The notes under the pieces were generated by a model that did not search any database, was not told where the DNA came from, and worked only from the letters and a program-made list of their open reading frames with translations. DNA of 64,000 nt, taken from the NCBI GenBank assembly GCA_012295275.1, contig CM022676.1, forward strand, positions 11,284,001 to 11,348,000, read 5' to 3'. Positions 28,494-50,760 of the stretch are shown here, piece by piece (positions within the stretch are counted from its first letter, which is position 1; the number at the start of each line of letters is the position of its first letter). Origin of the DNA: Chrysomallon squamiferum. Taxonomy: Eukaryota; Animalia; Mollusca. Both the position numbers and the translations under genes were made by a program.

Positions 28494-28838
28494 CATACAT
28501 ACATACATACATACAGAAATGCAAAATATATACAACACGCAAGCACATATATGCACACATATGCATAGCTATTTATGTACATACATACAGAGAAAATAAA
28601 CACATTCAGAAATGTACACGAATATGATTAGTGTTTAAGTACTTTACTTTTGTTTTCGTTGTTTTCTGTATTTAGTTTATTTTCGATGCAAAAGAGACGT
28701 ATATGGTAAGAGAGTTGTAGAATATCAGCTAATTCGGTTTGTCATCATCATGATCAGCATATTTATTGTTATTATTATTATTGTTGTTGTTGTTATTGTT
28801 GTTATTATTATTGTTATCATAGTTATTGTTATTTTCAG

Positions 28839-31686
28839 ACCACGAGTCAGTCAGTCTCACTGTAAACGAGTCGATGGCTACTTCAATGCAGCAGCCGCTA
28901 GAGTCCAACGTCAGCAGCGTGGTTGACGAAGAGAAGCAGACACCAGCAGAGGAGCACACAGAACGTGCAGAGTCGCAAACAGCTGGTGAAGACGTTGACG
29001 CCACAGCAAGCAAGAAAGAGGTTGTGGAGAAACCAGCAGAAGAACAAAAACCTGCAGAAATAGAACAGAAACCTGCAGAAACAGAACAGAAACCCGCAGA
29101 AACAGAACAGCAACCCGTAGAAGTAGTACAGAAACCTACAGAAGTAGACGATAAGCCTGTAGAAGTAGAAACGCAACCAGCAGATGAACAAAAACCTGTT
29201 GAAGTAGAAACAAAACCTGCAGAAGAACAAAAACCTGTTGAAGTAGAAACAAAACCTGCAGAAGAACAAAAACCTGTTGAAGTAGAAACAAAACCTGCAG
29301 AAGAACAAAAACCTGTTGAGGTAGAAACAAAACCTGCAGAAGAACAAAAACCTGTTGAAGTAGAAACAAAACCTGTAGAAGAACAAAAACCTGTTGAAGT
29401 AGAAACAAAACCTGCAGAAGAACAAAAACCTGTTGAAGTAGAAACACAAGCTGCTGAAGAACAAAAACCTGTTGAAGGTGAAACACAAGCTGCTGAAGAA
29501 CAAAAACCTGCTGAAGTAGAAACACAAGCTGCTGAAGAACAAAAAGCTGATGAAGTAGAAACACAACCTGCAGAACAAAAACCTGCTGAAGTAGAAACAC
29601 AAGCTGCAGAAGAACAAAAACCTGTTGAAGTAGAAACACAAGCTGCTGAAGAACAAAAACCTGCTGAAGTAGAAACACAAGCTGCTGAAGAACAAAAACC
29701 TGTTGAAGTAGAAACACAACCATCAGAAGAACAAAAACCTGCTGAAGTAGAAACACAAGCTGCTGAAGAACAAAAAGCTGCTGAAGTAGAAACACAACCT
29801 GCAGAACAAAAACCTGCTGAAGTAGAAACACAAGCTGCAGAAGAACAAAAACCTGTTGAAGTAGAAACACAAGCTGCTGAAGAACAAAAACCTGCTGAAG
29901 TAGAAACACAAGCTGCTGAAGAACAAAAACCTGTTGAAGTAGAAACACAACCATCAGAAGAACAAAAACCTGTTGAAGTAGAAACACAAGCTGCTGAAGA
30001 ACAAAAACCTGCTGAAGTAGAAACAAAACCTGCAGAAGAACAAACACCTACTGAAGTAGAAACGCAACCAGCAGATGAACAAAAACCTGTTGAAGTAGAA
30101 ACAAAACCTGCTGAAGTAGAAACACAAGCTGCAGAGGAACAAAAACCTACTGAAGTAGAAAAAAGACCTGTTGAAGTTGAAACACAGCCATCAGAAGAAC
30201 AAAAACCTGCTGAAGTAGAAACACAAGCTGCAGAAGAACAAAAACTTGCTGAAGTAGAAACACAAGCTGCAGAAGAACAAAAACCTACTGAAGTAGAAAC
30301 ACAACCTCCAGAAGAACAAAAACCTACTGAAGTAGAAACGCAACCTGCAGAACAAAAACCTACTGAAGTAGAAACACAACCTCCAGAAGAACAAAAACCT
30401 ACTGAAGTAGAAACGCAACCTGCAGAACAAAAACCTACTGAAGTAGAAACGCAACCTGCAGAACAAAAACCTACTGAAGTAGAAACGCAACCTGCAGAAC
30501 AAAAACCTTCTGAAGCAGAAACGCAACCTGCAGAAGAACAAAAACCTACTGAAGTAGAAACACAAGCTGCAGAAGAACAAAAACCTGTTGAAGTAGAAAC
30601 ACAAGCTGCAGAAGAACAAAAACCTGTTGAAGTAGAAACAAAACCTGCAGAAGTAGAAACACAAGCTGCAGAAGAACAAAAACCTGCTGAAGTAAAAACA
30701 AAACCTGCAGAACATAAACCTGCTGAAGTAGAAACAAAACCTGCAGAAGAACAAAAACCTGCTGAAGTAGAAACACAAGCTGCAGAACAAAAACCTGTTG
30801 AAGTAGAAACACAAGCTGCAGAAGAACAAAAACCTGTTGAAGTAGAAACACAAGCTGCAGAAGAACAAAAACCTGTTGAAGTAGAAACACAGCCTGCAGA
30901 AGAACAAAAACCTGTTGAAGCAGAAACGCAACCTGTTGAAGTAGAAACACAAGCTGCAGAAGAACAAAACCTGCTGAAGTAGAAACACAAGCTGCAGAAG
31001 AACACAAACCTGCTGAAGTAGAAACACAAGCTGCAGAAGAACAAAAACCTGCTGAAGTAGAAACAGAAGCTGCAGAACAAAAACCTGCTGAAGTAGAAAC
31101 ACAACCTGCAGAAGAACAAAAACCTGCTGAAGTAGAAACACAACCTGCAGAACAAAAACTTCCTGAAGTAGAAACACAACCTGCAGAACAAAAACCTGCT
31201 GAAGTAGAAACACAACCATCAGAACAAAAACCTACTGAAGTAGAAATAAAACCTGCAGATGAACAAAAACCTGCTGAAGTAGAAACGCAATCTGCACTAG
31301 AGCAAAAACCTGCTGAAGTAGAAACACAAAAAGATGAAGGAAAGTCTGAAGACGAGTCCAAACCACACGCGGAGAAGAAACAAGAAGCCACAGAGGCAAA
31401 ACCTGTGGTTGAAGATCTCAAACCTACAGATGATGAACCTAAACCTGCAGAAGTTGACTCAGAACCTACAGACGATGCAAACAAGGTTCCAGACAAGAAT
31501 GACGTCACCGAACCGGACTCGGCCGTAAAACTTGAGTCTTCCGTGGAGTCGCCAGCACCGCGCGAGACGACTACAGAACACAGCAACAACATCGACGACA
31601 TTTCCTCAACAGCGTCAGCGGAGACGGTGAAAGAGGCGGAGTTCAAGGAATCCGAGGCCCCAGCCCAGGGAGAAGTCGCCGCCTAG
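28839..31686 (+). CDS. Giant acidic repeat exon (~950 aa of EEQKPAEVETQAA-type 12-13-aa repeats); probable terminal exon of the RIIa gene; one 1-bp frameshift at ~30966-30969
   Basis: Acceptor TTTTCAG at 28838, phase 1, compatible with the donor at 17226. ORF 28826-30982 is followed by a shifted frame open to TAG at 31686. At 30965 the repeat reads CAAAACCT instead of CAAAAACCT. The repeat is flanked by unique coding-like sequence, and AATAAA lies at 31948. Confidence 0.82.
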
Positions 31687-32004
31687 TGATGTGTACACCC
31701 GCACACACCCTAACAGAAACATTCGTCAACACTTTGTAAAACAGAGGTACACACCTTCACACACACAGAATGGACTGATCGGGTTTCAGACGAGGCTGGT
31801 ACAACTGTTGTGCTTTGACGTTTTCTTTGTTTGTGTTAGTTTTACATTAACTTCCATTCACACTTTTCTTGTTACTCTTTCTAATATTACACTATGTAAC
31901 AATCACTCTCGCGCTTGTCTATATATGAAGAATGACGAATGACTGATAATAAATATCTGCCTTATCATAATAGTTGTTTTTCTTCTTCTTCTTCTTCTTC
32001 TTAA

Positions 32005-32096
<92 letters not shown>

Positions 32097-32351
32097 GTAA
32101 CTAAAAGCTGCTACTTTTTGAGTGCATCTGATAATGTTCAAACTTAGAGCAATAGCGTGTAGCTGTAATCACGTGATATACAAAGGTGTTAGTAATTTTA
32201 CTAGAACGTGTCAAGGTAGAAGGCAAAGGTAAATCCGTAAACCATAATTATGTGTATTGACAATAATCTTCGTGATTAGCAAAGCTGCAGACAGACAGTA
32301 ACTGGTTATGTGTAACAACTGTCGCCATCATCAATTTTCTTTTCCTTTATT

Positions 32352-34290
<1,939 letters not shown>

Positions 34291-35514
34291 TTTCTGTCGT
34301 CTAACAAAGAGCAAAGACTGACAAGAACATCGTGCAGTGTGGGAGTCGCCATACTAACTGAAGAAAGTGCTGCACGACGGGACAAAGAATAAAATGCATT
34401 TGGTGCCTCAGATCATTAGAAGTGCGTTTTGAAAATCATTTACTGCTGATTGTCTGAGACTTTTTTTAATATTATTAGTTAGTTTTTGTTGTTGTTTTTG
34501 TTGTTTTTTTTTTTTTTTTTTAATTCTAAAACTGTTAACGATGTAACATCAATAACATTACCAGATTAAATGTCTATACTAGTCAACTCAAATTAGGGAG
34601 AGATAAGGATTTTCATCCTATTCTTTGAAATTTGGAAAAGAAAAAGAAGTTCTTAAACAGAAAATGCAGATTAGGTACGTGCCCAAAGCTTTATATTTTC
34701 TGCCATCAAAGGCAAAGGAAATATTCCAAATATTCTAATGCTAATACTCTAATGATAACGAATAATTCTAGGTAGAAAAGGTAAAACAAAAAAAATCATT
34801 GGAATCTTGTTCCGAATGACAAAGCTTCTAAGTCCTAAAGTGAACACAGGCATTAAATAACAAGGATGCATCCAACTGAAAATTGACAAGTTATCTACAA
34901 GTGTACAGATGAGGATAACAATGACATAAAGACATAACTGAATTTCTCTTGTCTGAATGATGATACGTCTAAATGATAATTAGCGAGCTATCTGAAAATG
35001 ATCCACTGGATAACAAATGCTCGCCAGAGAAAGATACTCAACAGTGAAGTATCTACAGAATGGTTCTAACAGCTTTTTTCAGGATACTGGCAGAGGAATA
35101 TAGCAAATCTATTCTAAATGAAACCATCGCGTAACTAGTTGTGAACAGTATAATTTATAGCTACCTCTGCCAACAACGACTGCAAAAATACAACTGAACT
35201 TAGTGAACTTATTGAAAAAGTTCATTCAGACAGAATATAATTAATTTATTATACAATAGCTTTTCCCATAAATCAGTTGGTGATAAACACGATGTTTTTT
35301 CTTGAAAAAAACAAAAAAGAAACAGTAGGTTTAGAACTTATTATTCTTTTCTGTTCGCCTCTTTGCATAGCTTTGTTGTACGACTGGAAAATTCGTCACA
35401 ATGCAAAATGGATGAACAACTGTAAAACGTATATATTTATATGCTAGTCCATCACTATTTGTATCACAATCTACGTGTTCGAAATGCATGAAGTTACCAT
35501 GGCGAGTCAAGAAA

Positions 35515-35740
35515 CAGACTAACACTCTAGAATATTATTCACTATTCTTTCTCTAACACACTAACTAACATACTAACACTCTAGAATATTATTCACTCTT
35601 CTTTCTCTAACACATTCACCAACATACTAACACTCTAGAATATTATTCACTATTCTTTCTCTAACACATTCACTAACATACTAACACACTACATAACTAT
35701 TCACTCTCCTTTCTCTAAAAGTTTCACTAACATACCAGTA
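35515..35740. repeat. ~55-60-bp tandem repeat (CTAACACTCTAGAATATTATTCACTATTCTTTCTCTAACAC...) x~4
   Basis: Directly visible. Confidence 0.85.
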
Positions 35741-36022
35741 CTACCTACAGCACTATTCAGTGAAATAAAAACAACACGATATGTAGCTGACATTCAAGTA
35801 TTTTGTTTTAATGTTTCTTTTAATAATAAACTTTTTTGTTACAATATGTTTAGTTATTAGTAACATTTACCATGAATAAATTAGACAACGCGGTATTCCG
35901 TGATGTCATTATTACTGGCCACGAAATATATCATGACGTAACTACTACGAATACTAACGGCCATATAAAATATCATCACGTCGTTTCTGGGAATACTAGT
36001 AACTTTGAAATATACGTCATTT

Positions 36023-37181
36023 CTATGACTGTGAGACATTATGACGTATCTCAGGTGACTGTCTGATCTTCATAACAGTTGTCTTCAGTGAGTACCGTAA
36101 GCCTCGCCACGGTTTCCAGTTTACTCCATCAGCGTATGAAGAATGGCTGCCTCTGAGATACTGACCATTCAGGTTTGAAAGATGACAGCTGTTGTACCAC
36201 CAGGCGCCTTTAAACCGAGTTGCACAGCTATGTGTGTAGTTGTCTAAATCTTTGTCTTTTGTAGAAAAGCTGCAACCATTGTGTCGTGAGAGCATCCCCT
36301 GTTTAAATTAAACATAACCAGTGAGTAGAGTAGCGAAAATGTCAGTTTTTAGGTCATTTTTAGATCGTTATTACAAATTAGCAGCATGGAAGTTTTACAA
36401 ACACCTTCTCATATAGTGTGTCATTCTATAACAAGTAAAACACTATTACAAGATGAAAAGTAATTTATTGGCTCTGGCAGTTTGTTTATTTATTTACTTT
36501 TTTATTCATTTAATTGAAACCTGCAACCATAGAGAAACCTGGGCCCGTTTCCTGATTAAATTAGACATAGCCACTGAGTTGAAGAAAGAAAAATGAAAGA
36601 CTATTTGAATCAACAAGCTGTGACTATAAATCTGCTAAAACTTTTATGTCTGTTTATTTATTCAGTTATTTTTATTAATATAGAGTGAAAAATATCACGT
36701 ATATTTCACATATTATATATTTTAAATAAATTTACCAGCATTTCCACTGTAGTTTCCTATTGACAACCGGAAACCGTCTGCCTCTGAACTTACAGAAAAA
36801 TCTTCATACTCAGCGTAAGCTGTATTCCCGTCAAAATCTTCCAAGTCAAATCTCAGATCATATTTACTTTGATTTGTTAATCTGTGTATCCTTTCATTTC
36901 CTAAAACACAAAGCACAAACTGGTTAATTGAACCGTTTGTTAACTACAATTAAAACAAATAAAAACCTTAGCAGAGATTAAATTTCACACTTTCTGTACG
37001 TTTCATTTTTAGAAATTAACATAGACTCGTACATACACACACTACACACACAGACAAACAAACATTCATCCATCCGTCCATCCACCCATCCATAAATACA
37101 TATATACATACATTACTACACACACACACACACACACATACACACACAGACACACACACACACACACACAGACACACACAG

Positions 37182-37215
<34 letters not shown>

Positions 37216-38653
37216 AGACAGACAGACAGACAGAATGATAAACGTACCTAACCAGAATTCATTTGTTACGTTTCCGAATCCGGTTTTATAATCATCCCAT
37301 CCTCTGTAGAAATCTTCTGATCCGTCTGTCCGTCTCTGAATAACCTGAAAAACATTAAAATATCATCACACTACACAACTGTCTTTTCCATCACCACTGC
37401 TTTTACTACTACAATTACAACAACAAGAACTACTACGACTAAGACTAGGTAATAGTGGCTGCTGCTGCTACTAATATTGTTATAACTACCAATGCTAATA
37501 TTGCTACTACTGATATTACTCTTACAGCAACAACTACAATTAATGCTACTACTACTATTACTTCTAATACATTATGACATCTGTACTTACTCACTGAAAA
37601 ACCAGAAATAAACATAGACTCGTACATACACACATACATATATAGATGCATTCTTACAAACATACATACAGACATACACACATACATACATACACTGGTA
37701 GATATACGAGTCTTTGTTTATTTCTGGAAAGAAACAGAAAGATAGAAGAAAAAACAATTACGAAGAAACAAGAGAAAAGTTTAACTTACCAGCCACGCCT
37801 CAGTGTTGTGTGAAATTTCACAAAACGCATCAAATGAATCTCCCCCATCACGTGGTTGAATTGTGAAAACTCCATTGACGTAATTTCCTTGCATCATGAC
37901 GTCATAGCAGTCACCAGGTTTTCCTGAAACATGTTCTACAAGAACAAGAAACACGTGCATCAACGCAATATACATAAATCTGAACCTCTATCCTTCCATC
38001 CATCCATCTATGCATTCCTCCATTCGTCTGTCCTTCACTCCGACCTTCCTTTTATCCAAATATTAACTTCTGTGTATTAAAGTAAATACATACACAACTT
38101 TCTTTCCTCCGTCCGTCAGTCATTTTTCACTTAAAGTCATATTAATTTTTTCTATGTGACACTTACACCTGGAGAAACGGTTACCACTGGTTTAGACGTG
38201 TTTGTTAAATTTTAACAGATGAACTTATGTAAGAAATGATCTAAAATATTTCTAAAGTGAGTCTAGAAATTAAAATGCACTGAACTTAAGTTTAGAGTGA
38301 GCAGAGATTGTAAGTTACAGATGATCAACACAGTACTTACCATAAGCTTTCATTCCAGTTTGTTTGACAAACGACAGTAAATAAAATCTCTTACTGTACA
38401 TATAGCATACGTCATGGTCTGCGAAAACTCCTGTACACGTGACGTCATCAAAACAGTTCATGGCGCATACTTGTCTGGACACAGTGAGACTGGATAAAGG
38501 TGTTTCCAGAGGTTTCAAGTCGTTGTACAGAAAAGAAACACGAAATGTTTTGTTACCACACGAACTTTGATAAGACAACTGAACTATGAAACTGATTAAA
38601 ACTGTAATAAGGTAAACAGACTGTCTGAATTCTGTGACACCTAGAATGTACAT
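36023..38653 (-). CDS. PAN/Apple + fibrinogen C-terminal domain protein, copy A (divergent; apparent 2-bp frameshift at start of exon 5); exons 38653-38341, 37923-37790, 37344-37248, 36900-36736, 36298-36023
   Basis: Exon 1 has a hydrophobic leader and the PAN core [18 protein letters not shown]. FReD motifs: DCYDV..GVFTIQP..FCE..WL|[21 protein letters not shown]|[18 protein letters not shown]|..[42 protein letters not shown]. All introns are GT-AG. The phase-1 join to exon 5 is out of frame by 2 nt. Confidence 0.85.
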
Positions 38654-38957
38654 ATTTAACCTCGCTATTCCTAACACTGACGTCACTCGATACTTAGTTT
38701 ATAAATCCTCAAAATAATACTGCGGTGTAATTTCAGTATCAGTTTTCTAGTTGTAGTTCCTAGTTAAGTTTTGAAACCTAAAAGGTTAAGTGTAGGACGT
38801 CAGTTTTTGTTCTACCTGCAATCAATCAGCCGTGTTTTCTCAGTAAAATAAAATATTTATTTCAGTCATTGACGTTTTATCGATATTTCTCTTTCAGCTA
38901 TATTTTTGAAACTGTTTTTATTATTTTATTTTATTTTATTTTATTTTATTTATTTAT

Positions 38958-38992
<35 letters not shown>

Positions 38993-41290
38993 TCGTTATT
39001 TTCATGAGGTTCACTCATTGTTTATAGAGAATTCGTGTAAATTTTTTCTTTCTGATTACTAGGACTTTTTCACGATTTACGTTTGCAATACCTGTATACT
39101 ATATACATCTCATGCGTAACTAATGTGCCTGTGGTTAATACCTGTTTATGCTGTATGGCTACACGTCCAGTTCACAACTATTTAATAAAAGACTCATCGT
39201 TTCATTTTTTGCTGATATTTTTACTGCACACTCTAATATGTTGTTTTAACGTTTCTGTCAGTGATTTCAAATTCTGTGTGGAGAAACGTTTACATGAACA
39301 GTGACATAAAACAATACAGTTTGTAAAACACGACACAGACAAACCAGTTATTGATTAGCAAAACTTAACAAACAACTCAATGAAATAAAGACTAAAATGT
39401 TCACTGTCGTCTTTTCTCTACTCGTCATGCTATACAGACAAAAACAACAGACGTTCAGACGAACAGTGAAATATTGACGAATGAATATACAAACTGCTGC
39501 AGATATTATTTCTGTTTTTATTTATTGTTTTATTTGTTTTGTTTATTGTTAGTGTTCTTTATTCATTTTTTTTTTTTTTTTTTTTTACATATTTCAAAGT
39601 TATCACATTAAATTGTTTTTGTTTTAAACAGCTTTGGAGAGTGTTAAATAAGATATTTATTTATATAATTTATCACCGTCATCCTTTTTCTTACACTTAC
39701 TGATACTGATGTTGTTACTAATATAATTTTATAGTTTTATTTTATAGTTTATTTATTTAATATACTGTCTTTATTTTAGGATAATGTTATTATTAATATA
39801 TATATATATATATTACTGTTTAGCTTTGATGATTTAAAAAAAAAATTAAGTATAATATTTATTTATGTGATTTATCATTATCATCATCGTCGTTTTCTTT
39901 CTTTTAGTTTTATTATTACTGATATTAGTTTTGTTATGCTGCTACTACTACTGTTATTATATTACTACTAATAATAATACTTCTTCTTGTTTCTTCTTCT
40001 TCTTCTTCTTCTTTCTAATCTAATTATTATTACTATTGTTGTTCTTGTTATTAAAGAATGTTGTAAGCCACTGACAAGATCAAACGTATTCTTTGCAATG
40101 TCTTTCAAGATTTGTTTTTATTATTTCAGTCATTATGATTTGTGAGAAATTAAATAAATTTTCTTTGTGAATAAAGCTCGATAGATGTTGAAGAATCGTT
40201 AATAAGGAGTCACAAGTACAAAATGTTCAGATGTCAAAGGGAAACATTTTTATAATTTTATTGCAAGCTTCAGGAAATGTTAGTTAATCGAATTCTTCCC
40301 ACTTATTCTAAACGCTGTTGATGAAGTTCAGTTTCTTTATTCTTACTTGAGTAAACATTATGAACAATGTAACACTTCTGTATTTACATATCTGTATTAA
40401 CACATTTGAATTGAAACATTTGTATTAACACATTTGTATTAACACATTTGAAATGAAACATTTGTATTAACTCATTTGAATTGAAACATTTGTATTAACA
40501 CATTTGTATTAACACACCTGAATTGAGACATTTGTATTAACACATTTGTATTAACTCATTTGAATTGAAACATATGTCTTAACACATTTGTATTAATACA
40601 TTTGTATTAATATGCCAGTGGACGGTTACTCTCAATCCTGTGTTTCGTGTTTGATGACATCAGAGAGGAAACTCGCTGATTTTATTCAGAAAGGTTTTTA
40701 CCAATTAGCAACAAATGATCTGCACATAGACAGGATAACACATACCACATACTTTTGTCAACACGTGGAGAATTCACTGCAATGGAATATTACTCAGTTA
40801 TCAAACTGAGGATTGATTCCTGTTACCTAACATTTATTTCCTAACTCAGACCACAGTATGTGAAAACAGCTAAATAAATAAGTAAATAAATATATAAATG
40901 AATAATTAAATAAATTTATATGTACATACAGCTACATACAAAATATATATACATTTATGCAGCATAGACAAAAAAGAAAAGAAAAGAAATTTAGAATCAG
41001 ACATAGATACATATATATAATAACAACTGTCAACAAAACCAAAACATAACAACAGATGCCTCCATGGCGTTAGCAGTTCTTAAGCAGCCTGAGAGCATGA
41101 TTAATCTACTAACAATAGCGTGACGTCATTTCTGACGTCATTTTTGTGAAAACTATTACTCTTAACACATTATGACGTTATTTCTATAAATACTACTAGT
41201 TTTGAGAAAACATGAGGTCATTTCTCTGAATACCACTTGTTTTCATACACCATGCGTCATTTCTGGCGTGAGACATATTGTGACGTCATT

Positions 41291-43382
<2,092 letters not shown>

Positions 43383-43935
43383 ACGTACGGTGAAAGTTAA
43401 AAACAGCTGAAATGAAAGTTTATTTCTAAGTTAGAAATATATCGTTCACTGATAATTAGAAACTGTTTTTGCACGTTTACCTGTTTGAAAATGTTTAAAT
43501 GTTGTCGTCCAGAAAAGTGGTTTAAAATAATAAGTAATGATGTTGTACACACAGACAAAGAGAAAACTTTAAAACGATATCCTCGTAGAATATGGATCTG
43601 AAAGATAACAAAATAATAAAATAGTAGTATATCTAACACTCTTCAGTGAATCCTAAAAACTGGTATTTGTAACAGTTCTGAATTAATCCAGTAATGTTAC
43701 GAATGGATCTAAGCCGGACAATTTCAAAACAGACATCGTAAAATGGCGCTTACCATAGCAACTAGCACTGAATGTGGCAAATTAACAGTTAGGTAAGTTT
43801 TACACAAACAAAGAAACGTTGAGCTTCTTCAGCTTCCCGGTATCAAGTTGCTTTAGTTCATTAAAACCATTGTTGTCAGTTTGAATGTCTGCGAAAAACT
43901 GTGAACAGACGTTCAGATATCAATGATTTACATCA

Positions 43936-43985
<50 letters not shown>

Positions 43986-44174
43986 TATTTTTGCATTAAT
44001 CAGTGTGTGGTTCGTGTGACCTGATCACAAAACAGATAATTAGAATATTCCACACAGCACTGAACTCAGTTTTCATCACAAATCGAACATTTTGTCAACA
44101 GGGAAATAGATTTCTTATCGAATATCTGTTTCCTCATTTAATTGTTTTGTTTTATTTTATTTATTTATTTATTG

Positions 44175-44269
<95 letters not shown>

Positions 44270-44563
44270 TTTTATTATTATTATTATTATTTTACTTTTT
44301 AGATATTTTTTTTAGGCTATAATTATAACTAGTAAGGAAAGATTCAGTATCTCGCTAACTCTGAATAAGGCTATTTTTAGACTGAATTCGAATTCGAATT
44401 AAAATTGATTTAAAATATGTTCTTTCTTCACTCGGACAATATAAGATAAACCTTGTATAGGAGTCGTTAAGATATTGGTGATCGTTAAAATGAAATACGC
44501 AATTCATATATTTTGTTTGCTTATTTAATTGTTTCATTTTATTTTATTTCATTTTATTTTATT

Positions 44564-44634
<71 letters not shown>

Positions 44635-45092
44635 TTCATTTATTTATTTATTATTATTTTTATAAGTTATAATTAGACTACTAAGGAAACATAAAATATC
44701 TCGCTAACTCTGAATAAGGCTATCCAATATATTTAGACTGAATTCGAATTCGAATGAAATTGATGCAAACATTTTTTATTTCTTAAAAGATCCTGCAGAA
44801 GACAATTCTTTGTCAGACAAATTGATTAACACGTGGCTCATCTCATGCTTGGTTTTCTTGGCAAACAGGTGGAAAGTGGATCATAGAAGGCAAAACCGAA
44901 AAATTGGTATTTAACATAATAGGAAACCTTGAAGATATTGGTGATCGTTAAAATGAAATACGCAATTCATATATTTTGTTTATTTGATAAACTGATTAGT
45001 CACTGGCTCATTTAAAATCTTGGTTGTCTTAGTAAATGGGTTCAGTGCGAATAACAGAAACGTGAGATCGATGACACTGATATATAACTAAT

Positions 45093-45311
<219 letters not shown>

Positions 45312-45933
45312 TTTGTTTATATAACATAACATCTTTTCTCCTTCCAGCTGGTGTTCACTGATTATGTTTGAGGTTCTGTCTGGACGTGTCTGCCTCTGTT
45401 GGGATGTTAATATTAGAGTAGATTTGTTTTTCCTGGATAGAGTTTTTTTCTACTTTTTTTTTTTTTTTTAAAGTTTTCTCGACTTGGACTGGGAACAAAT
45501 AACGAGATGAAGACTACAACAGTAAACGTTGTTGTTGTTGGTTAGGTTTGCTAACTTTTTATTAATTTATGTCATTAATGAATTGCTGTAAGCTGTATAC
45601 TGTATGTTGTTTTTTGTTGTGTTTTTTTGTTACTTTGTTCTTGTTTTATTTTATTTTATTTTTTTGTATTGTTTTCCTGTGTGTGTCTGTATGGTTTTTT
45701 TCTATTTTACCTTCTGATCAAACTTTATATTTAAAGAAAAATGAAAAAAGGTTTTTTTAAATATGCATGTACGTGCGTGCATATCATTCTTAGAAAATAG
45801 TGGAAAACACAAATGATGATCGATAGAGTAATGTAAAGGTTGATCAGTGTAAGGAAAGACTTAGTATTAGAAAACTGTGGAAAATCTAAATTTCAGTCTG
45901 CACGCTGATGTGATGTTTGATCAGTGAGTGTCC

Positions 45934-47087
<1,154 letters not shown>

Positions 47088-47916
47088 CTTATACAGATTC
47101 GACAAGTATTTCTGTGAACCATGCAGCTTTGTACACTACACACAGGCAAGACAATGTTGATTAACATTTACATCCTACACAAAAGTAGCTACGCTTGAAT
47201 ATACAGGCTTTTCCGGTATTTTTAATACCATTTATTTTTTTCATTTCATTTTTTTAATTATCGCAAAATACTTGTTAAAGATATTATTTATATATGTAAT
47301 TTATCATCCAGTCTTAAAGCAGGATCATGCCTTCACGGTGTTCAAAGATTTTTATTTGAGTTATTATAATTTGTGAATAGTGAAATCAACTTTTTTTTCT
47401 GAGTAAAAATAATATCACACTACTGATATCTAAAAATCGTTGATACGCAGACACAAAAGAAAAGATACACGTATTGTTTTATTGTCATGCTTCCAGTTAA
47501 AGTTAATCGAGTTCTATCCGCTCATTCTCAAGGTTTTTACTGAATTTCGATATTTGACTGTTCACTTAACAAAGATTTATTGACACATCGGTATTAACAC
47601 GTTTGTATAAACACAGTCATTTCTGTGTTAGCTGTTAAACACGTGTCACGCGTATTTGATACGAGCAGACAGTAAACTCGCTGATGTCAGCTGTCTTCGT
47701 GCTGGTAGCAGTAGTCGTTCTTGTCCTTTACTAAACCATTAACAACAACGTCACGTCATTGCTATAACTATTTCTAGTATTACGAATTGTGACGTCATTA
47801 AGGTTCTGGTACTCCTACTTATAAAATACTACGTTATTTATGTGCTTGCCACTCGAATTTACACAGTATGACGTTATCTCTGAAAGCAGAGGCTTGAGAC
47901 ATATTGTGACGTCATT

Positions 47917-49868
<1,952 letters not shown>

Positions 49869-50172
49869 CGTACACTGACAGTTAAAAACAGCTGAAATGA
49901 AAGTTTATTTCTAAATAACAAAATAATAAAATTAGTAATTTTAACACCAATGAATCAATCCTATAGAATAAGTTCGAGTCGGACGATTTTAAAATGGTGC
50001 ATACAACAAGCACTGAACGTTGGCAAATTAACAGCTTAGATACATTTTAAATAAACACTTTGTCAGTTACACGTGTTTCACTGTGTCAAGTTGCTTTAGT
50101 TTCATTAGGACCATTGTTGTCAGTTTGAAAGTCTTTCACCAAATTGTGATCAGATGTTCAGATATGATTGAT

Positions 50173-50236
<64 letters not shown>

Positions 50237-50645
50237 GCAGTAATCAATGTGTAGCTCGTGTGATCTCTTCACAAAACAAATAATTAGAATGTTCAACGCA
50301 ACACGCAATTTGTGTCAGAAATCGATCTTTTTGTCAACAGTGTAGAATAGAAAATAGATTTCGTATCGAATGTTTCTATCTTTCTTTCTTCATACGAAAA
50401 CGAAATAAAAGTCATTTAATTGTTGTTGTTGCTTTTTTGAAACGACAGTTCTTACATTTTGTTTAGTGACAGTTTTCTTTGTTTTACAAATTGATTAATC
50501 ACTGGTTCATGTTTTAGGTGTCTCAGCGGGTGAGTTGAATTCAAAAGAAGGAAATGTGAAATCGAAGACATTGATATTCAACACTGAACAAAACAAAAAT
50601 TAAAACTGCTATTCATTACAGATAAGAAACACGAGACAGACAGAC

Positions 50646-50760
<115 letters not shown>

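Noticed and set aside
28729-31646. Long antisense ORFs (828 aa, 366 aa, etc.) over the repeat exon
   Set aside because: Shadow frames of the plus-strand repeat; splice site, unique flanks and poly(A) signal all support the plus strand.
38654-38686. GTG start of ORF 38315-38686
   Set aside because: In a eukaryotic gene the first in-frame ATG (38653) is the plausible start.
44325-44980. Duplicated blocks with GAATTCGAATTCGAAT palindrome upstream of copy B
   Set aside because: A small local duplication; the heat-shock-element-like nGAAn pattern is imperfect and absent from the other copies, so no function is claimed.
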